Below are positions 13,285 through 25,219 of a DNA stretch of 64,000 bases, piece after piece (within the stretch, counting starts at the first letter, position 1; each line of letters starts with the position of its first letter). The stretch comes from Camelus dromedarius. Taxonomy: Eukaryota. The stretch spans positions 113,090,001 to 113,154,000 of the forward strand of contig NC_087436.1 in NCBI RefSeq assembly GCF_036321535.1, written 5' to 3'. The position numbers and the translations under genes are program-made. The notes beneath the pieces are model-generated. The model had not been told where the DNA came from, did no database searches, and worked only from the letters and a program-made list of their open reading frames with translations.

Positions 13285-13865
13285 TCTTACTTGATGTATA
13301 ATTCACATAGAACATTCTGTTAGTTCCAGGTGTACAAAACAGTGGTTCCACATATGCGTATATTGAAAAATGGTCACCACGATGAGTCTAGTTAACACTT
13401 AGTACCTTACACAGTTGCAGATTGGGTTTTTTCCTTGTAATAACAACTTTTAAGATTTATCCTCTTAGCAACGTTTCAAATATACAATACGGTGTTATTA
13501 ACTAGAGTCGCCATGCTATACCTTACATCCTGGGACTTACTAATCACACAGCTGGAAGTTTGTGCTTTCTGACCGCTTTTATCCATTTCACCCACCTCCC
13601 ATCCCTGCCTCTGGCAACCATCAATCTGATCTCTGTATCTATGAGTTTGTTTTCCATTCCATATAAAAGTGAGATCATGTAGTATTTGTCTTTCTTTGTC
13701 TGATTTTCATTTAGCATAACACGCTCAAGGTCCATCCGTGTTACTGTAAATGGTAGGATTTCCTTTGGCTTTTTTATGGCCAAGTAATACTTCACTGTAT
13801 ATATGTATATATGCACCATATTTTCTTTATCCATTCACCCACTGATGGACACTTGATTGTTTCTG
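13285..13865 (-). mobile_element. L1MA9-like 3' end
   Basis: acttttaagatttatcctcttagcaac...ctttatccattcacccactgatggacact; ORF 13544-13834 is the decayed ORF2 C-terminus/3'UTR. Confidence 0.85.
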
Positions 13866-13899
13866 AGACAGTATATCTTTGGATAATAGAAAATAAAAA

Positions 13900-14070
13900 T
13901 TAGTTACCAATTATTAAATGTGTATGATGGATGGCAAGGCACTGTCCTAAGTGCTTTCTATGCATTTCTTGTTTATTCTTTGCCAAGAGCACATGAGGTA
14001 GCTGCTATGATTTCTGCATGACAAGTGAGGTGGCTGAGGTTAGGGACAGATGGGCAGAGCTAGACTCCAA
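13900..14070 (-). mobile_element. MIR SINE
   Basis: ggcactgtcctaagtgctttc...gaggtagctgctat...gctgaggttaggga. Confidence 0.55.
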
Positions 14071-14469
14071 GATCCTCACCTTCACAAGTGATCAGCTTAT
14101 CCATGTGCATAAAATCCAAAGACTATTTCAAATTTTGGCTTACGAGTCCATCTTCACGACATTCAAACACTCATTAGCGATGAGAATGGGGTGTGTCAAT
14201 TGAAATGTGTTACCTCAAAGTTGAGCACTGAAGGGACAGGGAATGATGAGAGTGCCTTTTCTCTGCTCCTCTGGTCTTCAGGAGGAGAGATTTTCCCGAA
14301 GCATCCCACCTCTTTATTTATTCTACCCCAGGGAAGGTGGGATGGATGAATTTGGAACATTTGTGAAGAGCAAATAGGAGTGTTCTGCTCAGCTAACCAG
14401 GGATGAAAATCTGCCCAATTTCAGGATATCTGGATTAAGAAACTCCTCTACCATAACACCAAAGCAATA

Positions 14470-15585
14470 TTCTTTTTTGAAAAAGGTGTATTTTACAAAG
14501 AGTAAAATTCAGTCCTTTTATGTGTACTGTCTACTGAGTTTGACCAACATACACAGTTGTGTACCCATCACAGAATTGAGACAGAGCATCTCCATTCCTT
14601 CCAAAATGTTTCCACATGCCCCTTCATCGTAAAAATTCTCCCCATTGCAGCCACTATCAGCCACTGAGCTTATTTCTGTCACTATAATTTTGCCTTTTCC
14701 AGAATATCATATAAATGGACTCATACAACATGTGGGCTTTGAGCTAGTCTTCTTTCACTGAGCATAAGTTTTGAGAGTCACTCATGTTTCTCTCCCTGTT
14801 GAGCAGCCTTCCACTGTGTGTAGGTGTACCACGGTTTGCTTGTCCAGGTACCAGCGGACAGACATCAGGCTTATTCCCAGTGTTTGGCAATTCTGAATTC
14901 AAGCTGTCATCAACATTCATGCACAGGTCTTTATGTGGACATATGTTTCCGTTTCTCTTGGGAGAACACCTAGGAGACAGATTATTGGTGAATATGTTAA
15001 CTTCCGTTTTGCATTTTTAGCAGCAACGGACGGAAGTTCTAGTTGCTCCCCATCCTTGCCAGGGCTTGGTATGACTGGGTTTGCTTTCACACGTCAGCCG
15101 TTCTCCTCGGGGTGTGGTAGCGTTGAACTGTGGTTTTGACTTGCATCTCCCTAATGATGTCGAGCATCTCTTCATGTACTTACTTGCCACCTGTATATCT
15201 TCCTTGTTGAAGAATCAGTTCAAATACTCGTTCATTTCTGGCTGTTTATCTGCTTATTATTGGTCTTAAGAATTTATATCATCTAGATATAAATGAGATG
15301 TGTGTTTTACAAATAGTTTCTCCAGTTTGTGACTTGACTTTTTATTTTATTAACTACATCTTTTGAAGAGGAGCATTTAATTTTGATGAAGTACAATTTA
15401 TTAACTCTTTCTTTTATAGTTAGTGGTTTTACATCCTATTTAAGACAACTTTGCCAAACTCAAGGTCACAGGTATTTTCCCCTAGACATTTTATAGTTTT
15501 AGATTTTACTTTTAGGCGTATGACCTCTTTTAATTTTTTTTTTATATGGAGTGAGGTAAGGGTCGAGTTTTATTTCTTTGCCTAT
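14470..15585 (-). mobile_element. Old L1 (L1MB/L1MC-like)
   Basis: ttttgccttttccagaatatcatataaatgga...ttgcatctccctaatgatgtcgagcatctcttcatgtac. Confidence 0.8.
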
Positions 15586-16111
15586 TGTGAGATTGAGTAT
15601 AAAGACAACGGCCAGGCCATATTTACGGTAGGCTTTGACCCATCACCTGAAGCAGCCTGCCCAGGAAATCAGCTCTCGTACCTACCATGACAGCCAAGGA
15701 AGCCAGCCCGTTATAAGCTGGATGTGCGGGGAGTCAGGCTGTTGTCTCTAGTAACAATTCAGGAAGCCAAAAAATAACCCCAAAGAGCCAGGACTTGATG
15801 AATCATGGACAGCTTCCCTAGTTTTTGTCTCCACTTAAGGTCAAGCAGAGAGAACCAAATATGCCCCCCAACCAGTCACCTACGGTGCCCCCCTCTAGTC
15901 AGCCCACCTACAGCTTCCTTACGACAATTCCTTCCAATCAGGGCGAACCTGAAGCCTCCTGCGTTTCCCACTACGAAGCTTTCCCACTCCTCCGCCTGTC
16001 TCTGAATCTCTGCCGAGAGGCAGGTGTTGGTGGCTGACCCCCTTGCATAGCAAGCTCTGAATCAGTAGCCTTTTCTTGTTCCCAGTCAGTTGGTGTCCAT
16101 TTATTGCCACA
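15586..16111 (+). mobile_element. ERVL solo LTR, MER77-like
   Basis: TG...CA termini; ccaatcagggc, gcatagcaagctctgaatcagtagcc, catttattgccaca; inserted in the L1. Confidence 0.65.
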
Positions 16112-16289
16112 ATGTGGATGCCAACAGTGCTTTGTTCTATTTCTCAGTTTGCATACACCTCTGGTAGGGAACAGAGGTACTGTTTATTAAGATCCCCAAC
16201 AAATGTGGGAAAGTCAACTCCTGCCTTTAAGCCAGGCTTCTGACCCAAGTTACACTCGATATGAACTCAGGGGCAAGGACGTGCACCTC

Positions 16290-16670
16290 ACAATGTGCGC
16301 CTCTGGGGCACGAACCCTGTCTTACTCATCTTTGTGCCGCCCATATAGAGCCAAGGCCTAAAACCCAGAAGTGCTCAATATATGCTGGTTGATTTACTGA
16401 CTAATTCTAACCAGATGCCAAGATAAGAGCAAGAAAAGTAGCTTCAGTGCTGACTGGGTTCTGGACGCAACCACAACGGGTGTGTATCAACAGCAACCAT
16501 GATGGGTGTGTTTCCTACAGCACCACCTGCACTTGGGACTCGATGTCTCACATGACCTCTTGTAACAGCCTCTTAACTGCCCTCCCCTCCCTCATAGCTT
16601 TTTGCCTTCAAGTCCAACCACTAGTCTACTGTTAAAGTGAGCCCAGACAATGAGCATTTGCTAAATGAAT
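16290..16670 (+). mobile_element. L2 fragments
   Basis: gtgctcaatatatgctggttga; gtaacagcctcttaactgccctccc. Confidence 0.55.
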
Positions 16671-16675
16671 ATTTA

Positions 16676-16838
16676 AGACGCACAGACATAGTAAACAATC
16701 TTATGGTTACTGGAGAAAGAGGATGGGAAGGGATACATTTAGGAGTTTGAGATTTGCAAATGATAGCCAGTATATATAAAAATAGATTAAAAACAAATTT
16801 CTTCTGTATAGCACAGGGAACTATATTTAACATCTTGT
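16676..16838 (+). mobile_element. Internal piece of a young L1 3'UTR (no tail, no TSD)
   Basis: Collinear with and closely similar to 61480-61643. Confidence 0.8.
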
Positions 16839-16947
16839 TCTCTGCTTCTTGCTGCAAACATGAGAGGCATTCTGGGAGCAGGAATGGTGGACGTGAGCCA
16901 GGGTCCGAGTCAAGGGCTACAACAGACCCAACAAAGGCAAAGGTTTA

Positions 16948-16970
16948 GCAGCAGGTGGTGCCCCCTGCAC
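16948..16970. promoter_or_regulatory. Overlapping opposite-strand CTCF-like motifs
   Basis: + GCAGCAGGTGGTGC; - GTGCAGGGGGCAC. Confidence 0.4.
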
Positions 16971-17224
16971 ACATCCGCTTCCAGCCAGAATGGTGTTCTC
17001 ACCGACTCCATCCCTGTAGAGAGAGAACTAGAAATCCAACAGTGATGCATTGTGTGCTTGGGAATAAAGCTGAGCACAGTGGTTTTGGCAAAAAAAAAAA
17101 AAAAAAAAAGACAAAAGCAGTGAAATGTTACCAAAGTCCAAATTAGCAGGGGTCTCCACATCTTCTCCTTCCCACTGACATTGCCTGGTGGCAGTGGGCA
17201 GAGGACGGTCACTGGCTTTGAAGG

Positions 17225-17385
17225 TCAGGGTCTTCATTGCCCTGCCATGTGACCTTGGGCAATTTGCACAACCTCTCTGACCCTCAGTTTTCTCTTCTGT
17301 GAATTGAAAGTTTAACGATGCTCAGACTAAGAAAGATTCATGAAGTAATGCTTCTCATGGGCCAACATTTGTGCTACTCGAGAAA
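17225..17385 (+). mobile_element. MIR SINE
   Basis: atgtgaccttgggcaatttgcacaacctctctgaccctcagttttctcttctgt. Confidence 0.75.
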
Positions 17386-18064
17386 TACTGGTTTCTCTTG
17401 GTGGTTGGAGAAGCAACTCTAAGTCAGGGACGTTCCTTTTTTTGTTTTTTCTTTTTTTTTCAAATAATGTTTAGAATTTACCTTCTTGCTGAGCTAGAAA
17501 ATGCATGTCTTGGTGACACTCCTTTTGGGCTCTAGATAGAGAAACTCTCCCTGAAATGACTTGTAAGCAATTTCTTGAGACGTGAAGGGGGACTGAGAGG
17601 TATCCTGGAAGACAGGCGTGAGGGTGGGGTACAGTAGGTTTTCCAGGCAGAGCTAATGGTCTGAGTACAAGCCCGGCGTTGAGGGAGAACAGGATACCTG
17701 GGGGAAAGGGACAGAAGGCCGATGAGGAGGCCGGGGCGGAAGAATGTGAGGAGGGAGGCTGAGAGATGAGGGCGAGGGCTGCGGGCAGAGGCTGATTAGA
17801 GGGAAGTTGAAAGTCGGCTGTGATCTTGGACTTAATCTGAAGGGCAGCAAGAAGCAGGTGAAGGGTAAGACTGGGAATGACAAACCACATGTACACTTTA
17901 AAAAGCTCTCTTGGGTTTCCATGTCAGGAGGACTGGAGGAGGGCAAGCCTGAAGGGCCGTGGCAGAGAGCATCCTTGGGGAGGAGAGATCAGAAAGCCAC
18001 CCAAGCACCGACAACCATTCTGTCAGAACCAGTAACAGGTTTGTTTTGTTTGCTTTTTGTTTGG

Positions 18065-18065
<1 letters not shown>

Positions 18066-18117
<52 letters not shown>
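18066..18117. repeat. (TG)26 microsatellite
   Basis: Direct reading. Confidence 0.97.
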
Positions 18118-18118
<1 letters not shown>

Positions 18119-18124
18119 TTTCCT

Positions 18125-18338
18125 TCCTTTTTATATTTAATTTTTTTATTGAAGTATAGTTGATTTACGATGTTGTGTTAATTTCTGGCTTACAGCACAC
18201 TGATTCAGTTATGTGTATATATTCCTTTTCAGATTCTTTTTCATTATAGGTTATTACAAGATATTGAATGTAGTTCCTTGTGCTGTACAGTAGGACCTTG
18301 GTGTTTATCTGTTTTATGTATAGTAGTTTGTATCTGGT
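18125..18338 (-). mobile_element. Artiodactyl-type L1 3' end
   Basis: tttattgaagtatagttgatttac...ggttattacaagatattgaatgtagttccttgtgctgtacagtaggacc. Confidence 0.85.
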
Positions 18339-18679
18339 ATTTTTTTCCTATTCATAGTTTACAACTTTTTTCATCAAAATACATGTACTATTTTTTAACC
18401 TAAAATTTTATTTTGATGCTCTATATGCTGACTGTAATTGTCATATGGAATTATTTATATTTTATTTTATGAAAGAAAATTTGTCGAGAAGGAAAAGGTA
18501 GAAAAACAAAAGAAAAAAGTTGCATTTCTTTCTCTTAGGTAACTACTATTACTGCTTGGTTTATTTTTTCTTTCTATTTTTTTTTGTTTGGTTTTTATGT
18601 GTGTGTATATAGATTTTTTATTCAGAGATTTGTAATATTGCCCATATACTGTTGCTGTTTGCTTTTTCTTTCTTTCTTT

Positions 18680-19350
18680 TCTCAAATTGAAATATATTTG
18701 ACACATAACATGGGTAAATTTAAGGTGTGTAACATGTTGATTTGATATATTTATATATTGTAATATGCTTGCCACTCTGTTATGTTACATAAGTCATTTC
18801 TTTTTTTTGTGGCAGGAGTAATTAACATCTGTTCTCTTAGCAAGTTTGCTGATTATGTTACAATATTGTCGTCTCTATTCACCATACTGTGCATTAGGGT
18901 TTCAGGACTTATTTGTCCACTGGTTGCAGGCTTGTACCTTTAAGCAACATCTCTCCTGTCCCCTCAACCCCCAGCCCCTGGTAATCACGGTTTTACTCTG
19001 TTTTTATGATTCAGCTTTTTTAGTTCCTACATATAAGTGCTATCACACAGCATTTGTTTTTCTTTGTCTGACTTATCTCACTTAGCATCATGCCTTCAAG
19101 TTCCATGCATGTTGTCTCAAATGGCAGGGTTTTCTTTTTCATGGCTGAATAATATTTTATTATATACACAGTATATGTGTATATCTATATATATCTTGAC
19201 CTGTCCGGCCATTGATGGGCACTTAGGTTGTGTCCATACCTTGGCTATTGTGGACAATGCTGCAATGAACACGGGGGTGCAGAGATCTCTTTGAGATTCT
19301 GTTTTCATTTCCTTTGGATAAATACCCGGAAGTGGGATTGTTGCATCATC
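18680..19350 (-). mobile_element. L1MA9-like 3' end
   Basis: ttgatgggcacttaggttgtgtccataccttggctattgtg; minus ORF 19117-19308 CTPVFIAALSTIAKVWTQPKCPS = L1 ORF2 C-terminus. Confidence 0.85.
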
Positions 19351-19690
19351 TGCTTGCTTTTTCTTTAACGTGTTATTATATCACAAGCATTTCTCCTCTG
19401 TTCTTTGGAACCATTAATGGCCAAACAATATCCACCAAGAAGCTGCACCATAATTTATTGAATCTCCTTCTCCCCAATTAAGCTGTTTCCATTTTTTCCT
19501 ATTATAAATGAGATTATATTGAACATTTTTGTATATCAGCATTCATCTTTATTTAGGATTATTTCCTTAGGATAGATTCCCAGAAATGGAATTACTGGGT
19601 CAAAAGATTTGGATGTTTTATATCTCTCTTGGTACATGCTGCCAAACTGCTTTCCAAAAGGCTGTGTGAATTTATACTGCCCCATCCCGT
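19351..19690 (-). mobile_element. Old L1ME fragment
   Basis: atttccttaggatagattcccagaaatggaattactgggtcaaa. Confidence 0.7.
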
Positions 19691-20684
19691 TATGAAAACA
19701 AATGCAGGGGAATGTAAGCCCCTTAATAGTCAGGCACTGCTAGTCCCCGGAACACAGACAGAACCAAGAATCTCCAATTTGGAAGTCAGTTTACGGGTCA
19801 GTGAAGCTGATCTCCACTGATGCTCGATCACAGAGATGTGTTTGATGGAGAGGACAGCGGTGTTGATGATGGTACCCTCTCTTGGCCTAAATTCTCCACA
19901 CAACCTCAGCCAGGGGCTAAGCCCTGCTCACTTGTAATTTCACAGAACTAGTACCACGCTGGGCACGTAGCGTGTGCTCAGCCTACCTTGGCAGATGGGA
20001 TACAGGTGATGAGACCTACTGCTCAGATTGACGCCGTTTCATTGTGCCCCTGGGTAGACAGCTCTGGTAGGACACCAGGGGCAGCTCTGTGTTGGGACAG
20101 AACTGTTGTCCCATGTTATGGATGGAGCTCCAGGGCACCAGAGGCCCTCAGTCCCCAAGGCCCTTCTTCTATGGGGTCTTTGAAGTGCGGGACACTCTTA
20201 GAAAGCCTTCTAGGGATCCTTGCTCACAGAGTCACACGAGCCGGGAAGAGTCATGTGACCAGGGAGGTAGAACCCATTTCTAGCTCTTCTGCCCCTAATG
20301 TGTCCGGTCCTCCTGGCCTTCCCCTCAAAGTACCACCCTGACTCGGACCTACTGGTGACTTTTGTCTTGGTCGTGGCTTTCAGTCTGACCTTCCCTGGTC
20401 CGTCACTTCACTCTCTTGTTGCTCTATGACTTTGCATGTTGTTCCTCTCTTTCAACCCGCAAGACTGTTCTCTCTGTTTCTCTGTCTGCTTCAATCCCAC
20501 ACTTGTTGAAAACATCTTCATTACTATTCGGCTACGTGCCCAGGCATCGGCCACCACTGCTGAGCAGACTCTCAGGTCTGGGCTGCAGAGTCAGGAAGCT
20601 GGAGAGCAAGCAGGACCCTCTCCGAGACACTGGGCTCAGAGTATCACAGATCCAGTTGCTTCCTCTTCTTACAGCCTTAGAAGC

Positions 20685-20790
20685 TAGTGACTATTACCAT
20701 TATTTTATACATGGAGAAACTGAAGCACAAGAGAGAATTCTGCTGTCTGAGGCCACACAATCTTAGACTCTTAACCACTGTATTTTACTG
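20685..20790 (-). mobile_element. MIR fragment
   Basis: attttatacatggagaaactgaagcaca...actcttaaccactg. Confidence 0.6.
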
Positions 20791-20869
20791 CCCCTTTTCA
20801 GTAACCTCATACACTAAAGACAGCAATTGCAACAAAGAAAAAATAAAGACGGGTTGGTGAAAGAGATTT

Positions 20870-21370
20870 AAAAGGGGAAACCTACTTCAGATGGAGGGGT
20901 CAAGGAATGCCCTTCCAAGGAAGGGACTTTTAAGGGGATTCCTGAGGTTGACTCAGCTAGGAAAAGGCAGGAGAAGAGCCTTCCAAAAATGGAGAACAGC
21001 ATGTGTAAAGGTCCTGTGGCAGGAGAGGGCATTGGGAACCTTGGAAAATGAAAGGACAGTGGGTTGGAGCCTAGAGGACAAGGTGGCTTATAAGAGAGGA
21101 GGTCAGAGAACTTGGCAAGATCACGTCACTTCAGAGCTTGAAAAGTTTGGCTTTTCTCTTCAGAGCAATGGGAGCCATCCAGCAGGGGAAACCATGATCT
21201 CTGTTATGCTTAAAATGATGCCCTGGCTGCTGTGTGGGGGATGGGTTGGAGAGGGCCGGGCAGCAGTGATTGCTGACCCATCGGGAGGTTGATAAAGCCA
21301 AGTGGGCAAGAGATCCTCACTGCAGTGGCAGGAGAGAAAGAGAGACAGGGAGAGATTTTAAATATATTTT
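20870..21370 (-). mobile_element. L2 fragment
   Basis: ggagaacagcatgtgtaaaggtcctgtggcagg...gcaatgggagccat. Confidence 0.7.
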
Positions 21371-21529
21371 TGTTTGACTGCTGAGGGATCAGACACAGGG
21401 TCCTGTGGGAAGCCCCTTCGCACTAGTCAACACCAGCTAGCTCCAGCATCTTCTCTGCTGCCAGGGGACCTCACCCTCCTCTCATCCCCTTGTCACAGAG
21501 GCGATGATCTCTGCTGTATCTCCTCCACG

Positions 21530-21880
21530 TCCTCCCTGGACTGAGAGCTGTCTGTGATTGATCCCTGTGCTGGTCACTGTATCCCCACCTCCAGAACAGT
21601 GCCTGCCACGTGGTAGGGGCTTGATACATGTTTTGCAAATTTGTTGTTGGGTCATTTACTGTGTGCCGTTCACTGAGCAAAGTTTTATGTACATCATCTT
21701 GTGTCCAATGCTCAGCAATCCCGTATGAGGTGGTCACTATTTCATCCCCATTTTATAAATGAGGAAACAAAGGCATAAAGGGCCAATTGCCTTTTTCACA
21801 CCCATGTAACTATGAAATGCTAGAGCTATGGCTGGAATCCAGGTCTGCTGGTGACAAAGACCAGGTGTGGGTCACCCAGC
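21530..21880. mobile_element. L2 3' end followed by MIR
   Basis: ccagaacagtgcctgccacgtggtagg; atccccattttataaatgaggaaac. Confidence 0.7.
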
Positions 21881-22029
21881 TGTGCTTCCTGCCTGCATCT
21901 CCCCCAGGCCTGCCCATCAGGGGAGCAGGGTCCTTGCTTGGATTGTCACCTCATTAGATGTCCTGGTTCAGTTCAGGAGGCAGCAAGCGGTTGTGCGTGG
22001 AACTCACCCAAACTGAATTAGACAGTATC

Positions 22030-22410
22030 AACATGCAGTGGAATATCCACCCAAAAGAATGGATTACTGATACATGGTACAACCCGGCTGAGCCTTGAAA
22101 ACATTGTTCTGATTGAAAGAAGCTGGACACAAAGGACCACGTAATGTGCAAGTCCGTCTGTATGAAATAGCCAGAATAGGTAAACCCACAGAGACAGAAA
22201 GCAGATTGGTAGCTACCAGGTGTTGGAGTTGGGAGTGAGGAACGGGGAGTGACTGCTTGATGGGCACAGGGTTTGCTTTTGGGGTGACGAAAATGTTGTG
22301 GCACTTGACAGAGGTGGTGACTACACAACATTGTGAGTAGACGAGGTGCCACTGAACTATTTAAGATGGTGAATTTCATGTTCCGGACATTTCACCTCAA
22401 TAAAAAATAA
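22030..22410 (+). mobile_element. L1MB-like 3' end
   Basis: ccagaataggtaaacccacagagacagaaagcagattggtag...tttcacctcaataaaaa. Confidence 0.85.
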
Positions 22411-22625
22411 CGCACGGGAATGAAATGTACTAGCTTCAGGCTAGTAGTTAATGGAGGAGCAAGAAAAGGATCAAAATGGGGCTTCAGCGAAACCTGTAAT
22501 TTTTTATTTCTTTGTAAAAGATCTGTAGCAGAAAAAAAAAAAACAAACTACTGTTACATGCATGAGTTGTTGCTGGAAATTCTTTCGTATCCAGAAATGG
22601 ATCTAAGACAAAACGTAGTGCAATG

Positions 22626-23047
22626 GATTCCACATGTAAGTGATATCATATGATATTTGTCTTTCTCTGTCTGACTTACATCACTTAATATGATAATCTC
22701 TAGGTCCATCCATGTTGCTGCAAATGGATGATGCTAATTCTATTTACAAACCCCAAACAGACTCATAGACATAGAAAACAAACTATGGTTACCAAAGGGG
22801 GAAGGACAGGGAGGGATAAATTATATATTTGAGGACTAACAGACGTATGTTACTATATATAAAATAGATGAACAACAAGGACCTACTGTATAGCACAATT
22901 TCTTGTGGTGACATATAATGGAAAAGAATCTGAAAATAAAAAAATATGTATATATATATATATGAATCACTTTGCTGTATACCTGAAACAAAGACTGTAA
23001 GTCAACTACACTTCAATAAAAAATAAAATTAAATTAAATTAAAAAAA
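22626..23047 (+). mobile_element. Artiodactyl-type L1 3' end with 5' inversion (22626-22727 inverted)
   Basis: Antisense gattccac...gctgcaaatgg joined to sense 3'UTR and poly(A); diverged TSD aaaacgtagtgcaatg / aaaaccagagtgcaaag. Confidence 0.85.
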
Positions 23048-23464
23048 AAAACCAGAGTGCAAAGTGTGCAATAGCTAAGCAAGAGGCAGAGTTGGCCAAA
23101 TTTCAGCCTAATTCCCTTTCCACCAAAGCCTCTGACTTTCATGTTAAAGGAGGGACTTCAAAGTCATGAGGTTCAGATGTGATGTTTGTGGCCACAGTTC
23201 TCACTATGAAATGAATGCAGTGTCAAGGTGAGATGTAACAGAGCATAGAGATCAGCTTCCCAGAATCAGTCTCCCTTCCCTCAGATGGAAGAGGAATTGA
23301 CCGGACACATCAGAGTGGAGGGCGGAGTCTCCCCAGTGGAAAGAGCTGGTGCAGCTCAGGCCTGTAGAGAAGGGTAGCTCAGCCACCAACCCTTCCTGAG
23401 AGGTCCCTGGACCTCGCCGGGGCCCCACCACTGTGCACATGTCACCTGGCAAACTTTCAGAACC

Positions 23465-23682
23465 ACCTTTTAGATGGGTTGCATTGCTGCTGTTTTGTAG
23501 CTGAGAAAACAGAGGCTCGGGTGAGGCGGTCACAGGGGAACAAGACAGGGCTGGGATTCCAACCCCGGCTGCCCGGTGCCCCTTCTGCCTGTGTTCCCTG
23601 CAGTGCCTCCTGCCCGAGAACAGACCCTGGCACACAGACGGTGCCGGGTCAGCACTTGTTCATGTTCGTTAGTGAATGGTAG
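23465..23682. mobile_element. MIR fragment and L2 3' end
   Basis: ttttgtagctgagaaaacagaggctc; gaacagaccctggcacacag...tagtgaatg. Confidence 0.6.
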
Positions 23683-23741
23683 CAACATAAGATAATTTTT
23701 CAAAGGTTTAGTAGTTTGGTAAAGATGCAAAGAATCCAAAC

Positions 23742-23755
23742 CCACTAGGGGGCAG
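23742..23755 (+). promoter_or_regulatory. CTCF consensus motif
   Basis: CCACTAGGGGGCAG matches CCASYAGRKGGCRS. Confidence 0.5.
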
Positions 23756-23769
23756 GCATGCTCAGAGGC

Positions 23770-24400
23770 TGTGCAAATATTAGGTGGTACAATCATTTAT
23801 TGGTACAAGTGCCACTTTTATATCAACAAGTATACATGAAAAGTCTGGAAATTGTGCAACTCTTTGTCTCATCACTTTTACTCTTAGGATTTAATTTGAA
23901 GAAAATAAAAAAAGATACAGGCAAAGCTATATGTACAGTGGTGATGATCACAGCATGATATATCTTTTTTTTGGTCATTAATTTATTAATTATAAAATTA
24001 TTAAATTAAATATATAAATTGAAAAATGTAAATTATTTGTGCTGCAGTTATGGATTGGTTAAGTCAATGGCACATCATCAAAAAGACTCTTTTGCAGCCG
24101 TTAAAATCTATGTCCTGTAAGAACATTTGCTGACAAAGGCAAAGGTTTAATATATTACTTGAAGGAAAAAAGTAGGCTACCAAATGTTGTCTCAAGTGTT
24201 GGAACATTCATTTTGCCTTAAAAAGTAGTATATGTATCAAAAAATGAGACGCTTCAAGCCAAAATATTAATGTGAGTATATTGCCATGAGGAGGGTGATG
24301 GGATTTATATTTTTGGCTTTCATTTCTATTGTGTTCTAAGTTTTCCTTGAGGGGCAATAAGCATATTCCTTTTGGTTTTAAAAAGTCAATAAACACTACA
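23770..24400 (+). mobile_element. Old L1ME 3' region
   Basis: ttttactcttaggatttaatttgaagaaaata...gcagccgttaaaa. Confidence 0.55.
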
Positions 24401-24717
24401 TAAAAACAAAATAAACTCACTCCACCCAACCAGTGGACAATATCCCATGGAGATGAAAAGAATACTATTTTTCTCAAAGAAATAAAACATTGATAATATA
24501 AATGATTATTCGTGGATATTTAACTCAGTGTATTTTCTCTTCCTCTTCTTCTCCTTTTTTTTGGTCCTTTAATATATAATTTTATCGCCTTCTCTTTCTA
24601 GTGCCAGATTTAAACATTTGATTAAAGCCCCAAATTCTCTTCTTCTATGCTTTCTCATTGATGAATTTGACAGTAAAGAGTCTTGGATTTTAGACATCTG
24701 GGAATGTCCATGATTTT

Positions 24718-24768
24718 GGATTTGTTTTGTGAAAAGATGGATTTGTTTTGTGAAAAGATGTATTTGTT
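24718..24768. repeat. 21-bp tandem duplication
   Basis: ggatttgttttgtgaaaagat x2 plus a partial third copy. Confidence 0.9.
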
Positions 24769-25219
24769 CAGATGAGCAAGTGTGAAGCAAATGCTTTCAA
24801 CGTGTTTATTAATCTTAGTGGCCTGAGTGATGTAAGGGTATGCTCAGTCATGTTCTATGGTGTTTGGTTTCATAAAAATGTGTTTGGTTTCAAGGCATTG
24901 GCCCCTGTTCTCTGTTTACTAGGAATGGGTTTGGAGTATGGAAGGCATCTTGAATTTTCTCCCAAACCTAGGTTTGTTTTTTAATCATCAGTTGGAACTT
25001 TGTGGTGGTTATGACTAACACATTTTGTGAGTTCGTGAAAACATTTGTTTAAACAGGAAAAAAAAATCAAATAGCACTAGAACCAGACATGGTGTTTTAC
25101 CAAAAAACTCCTGCTGGAGGGTTTTAGGGATGGATTTAGATGGCTGTTGCTGCTTCATACACTGAGAAGAAATGGATGCATCTTCATTTAGGTCATAGAT
25201 TCTAAAAGGTAAAGGAGGA

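Noticed and set aside
17807..18159. ORFs ending in CVCVCV
   Set aside because: Translation of the (TG)n microsatellite; no recognisable domain
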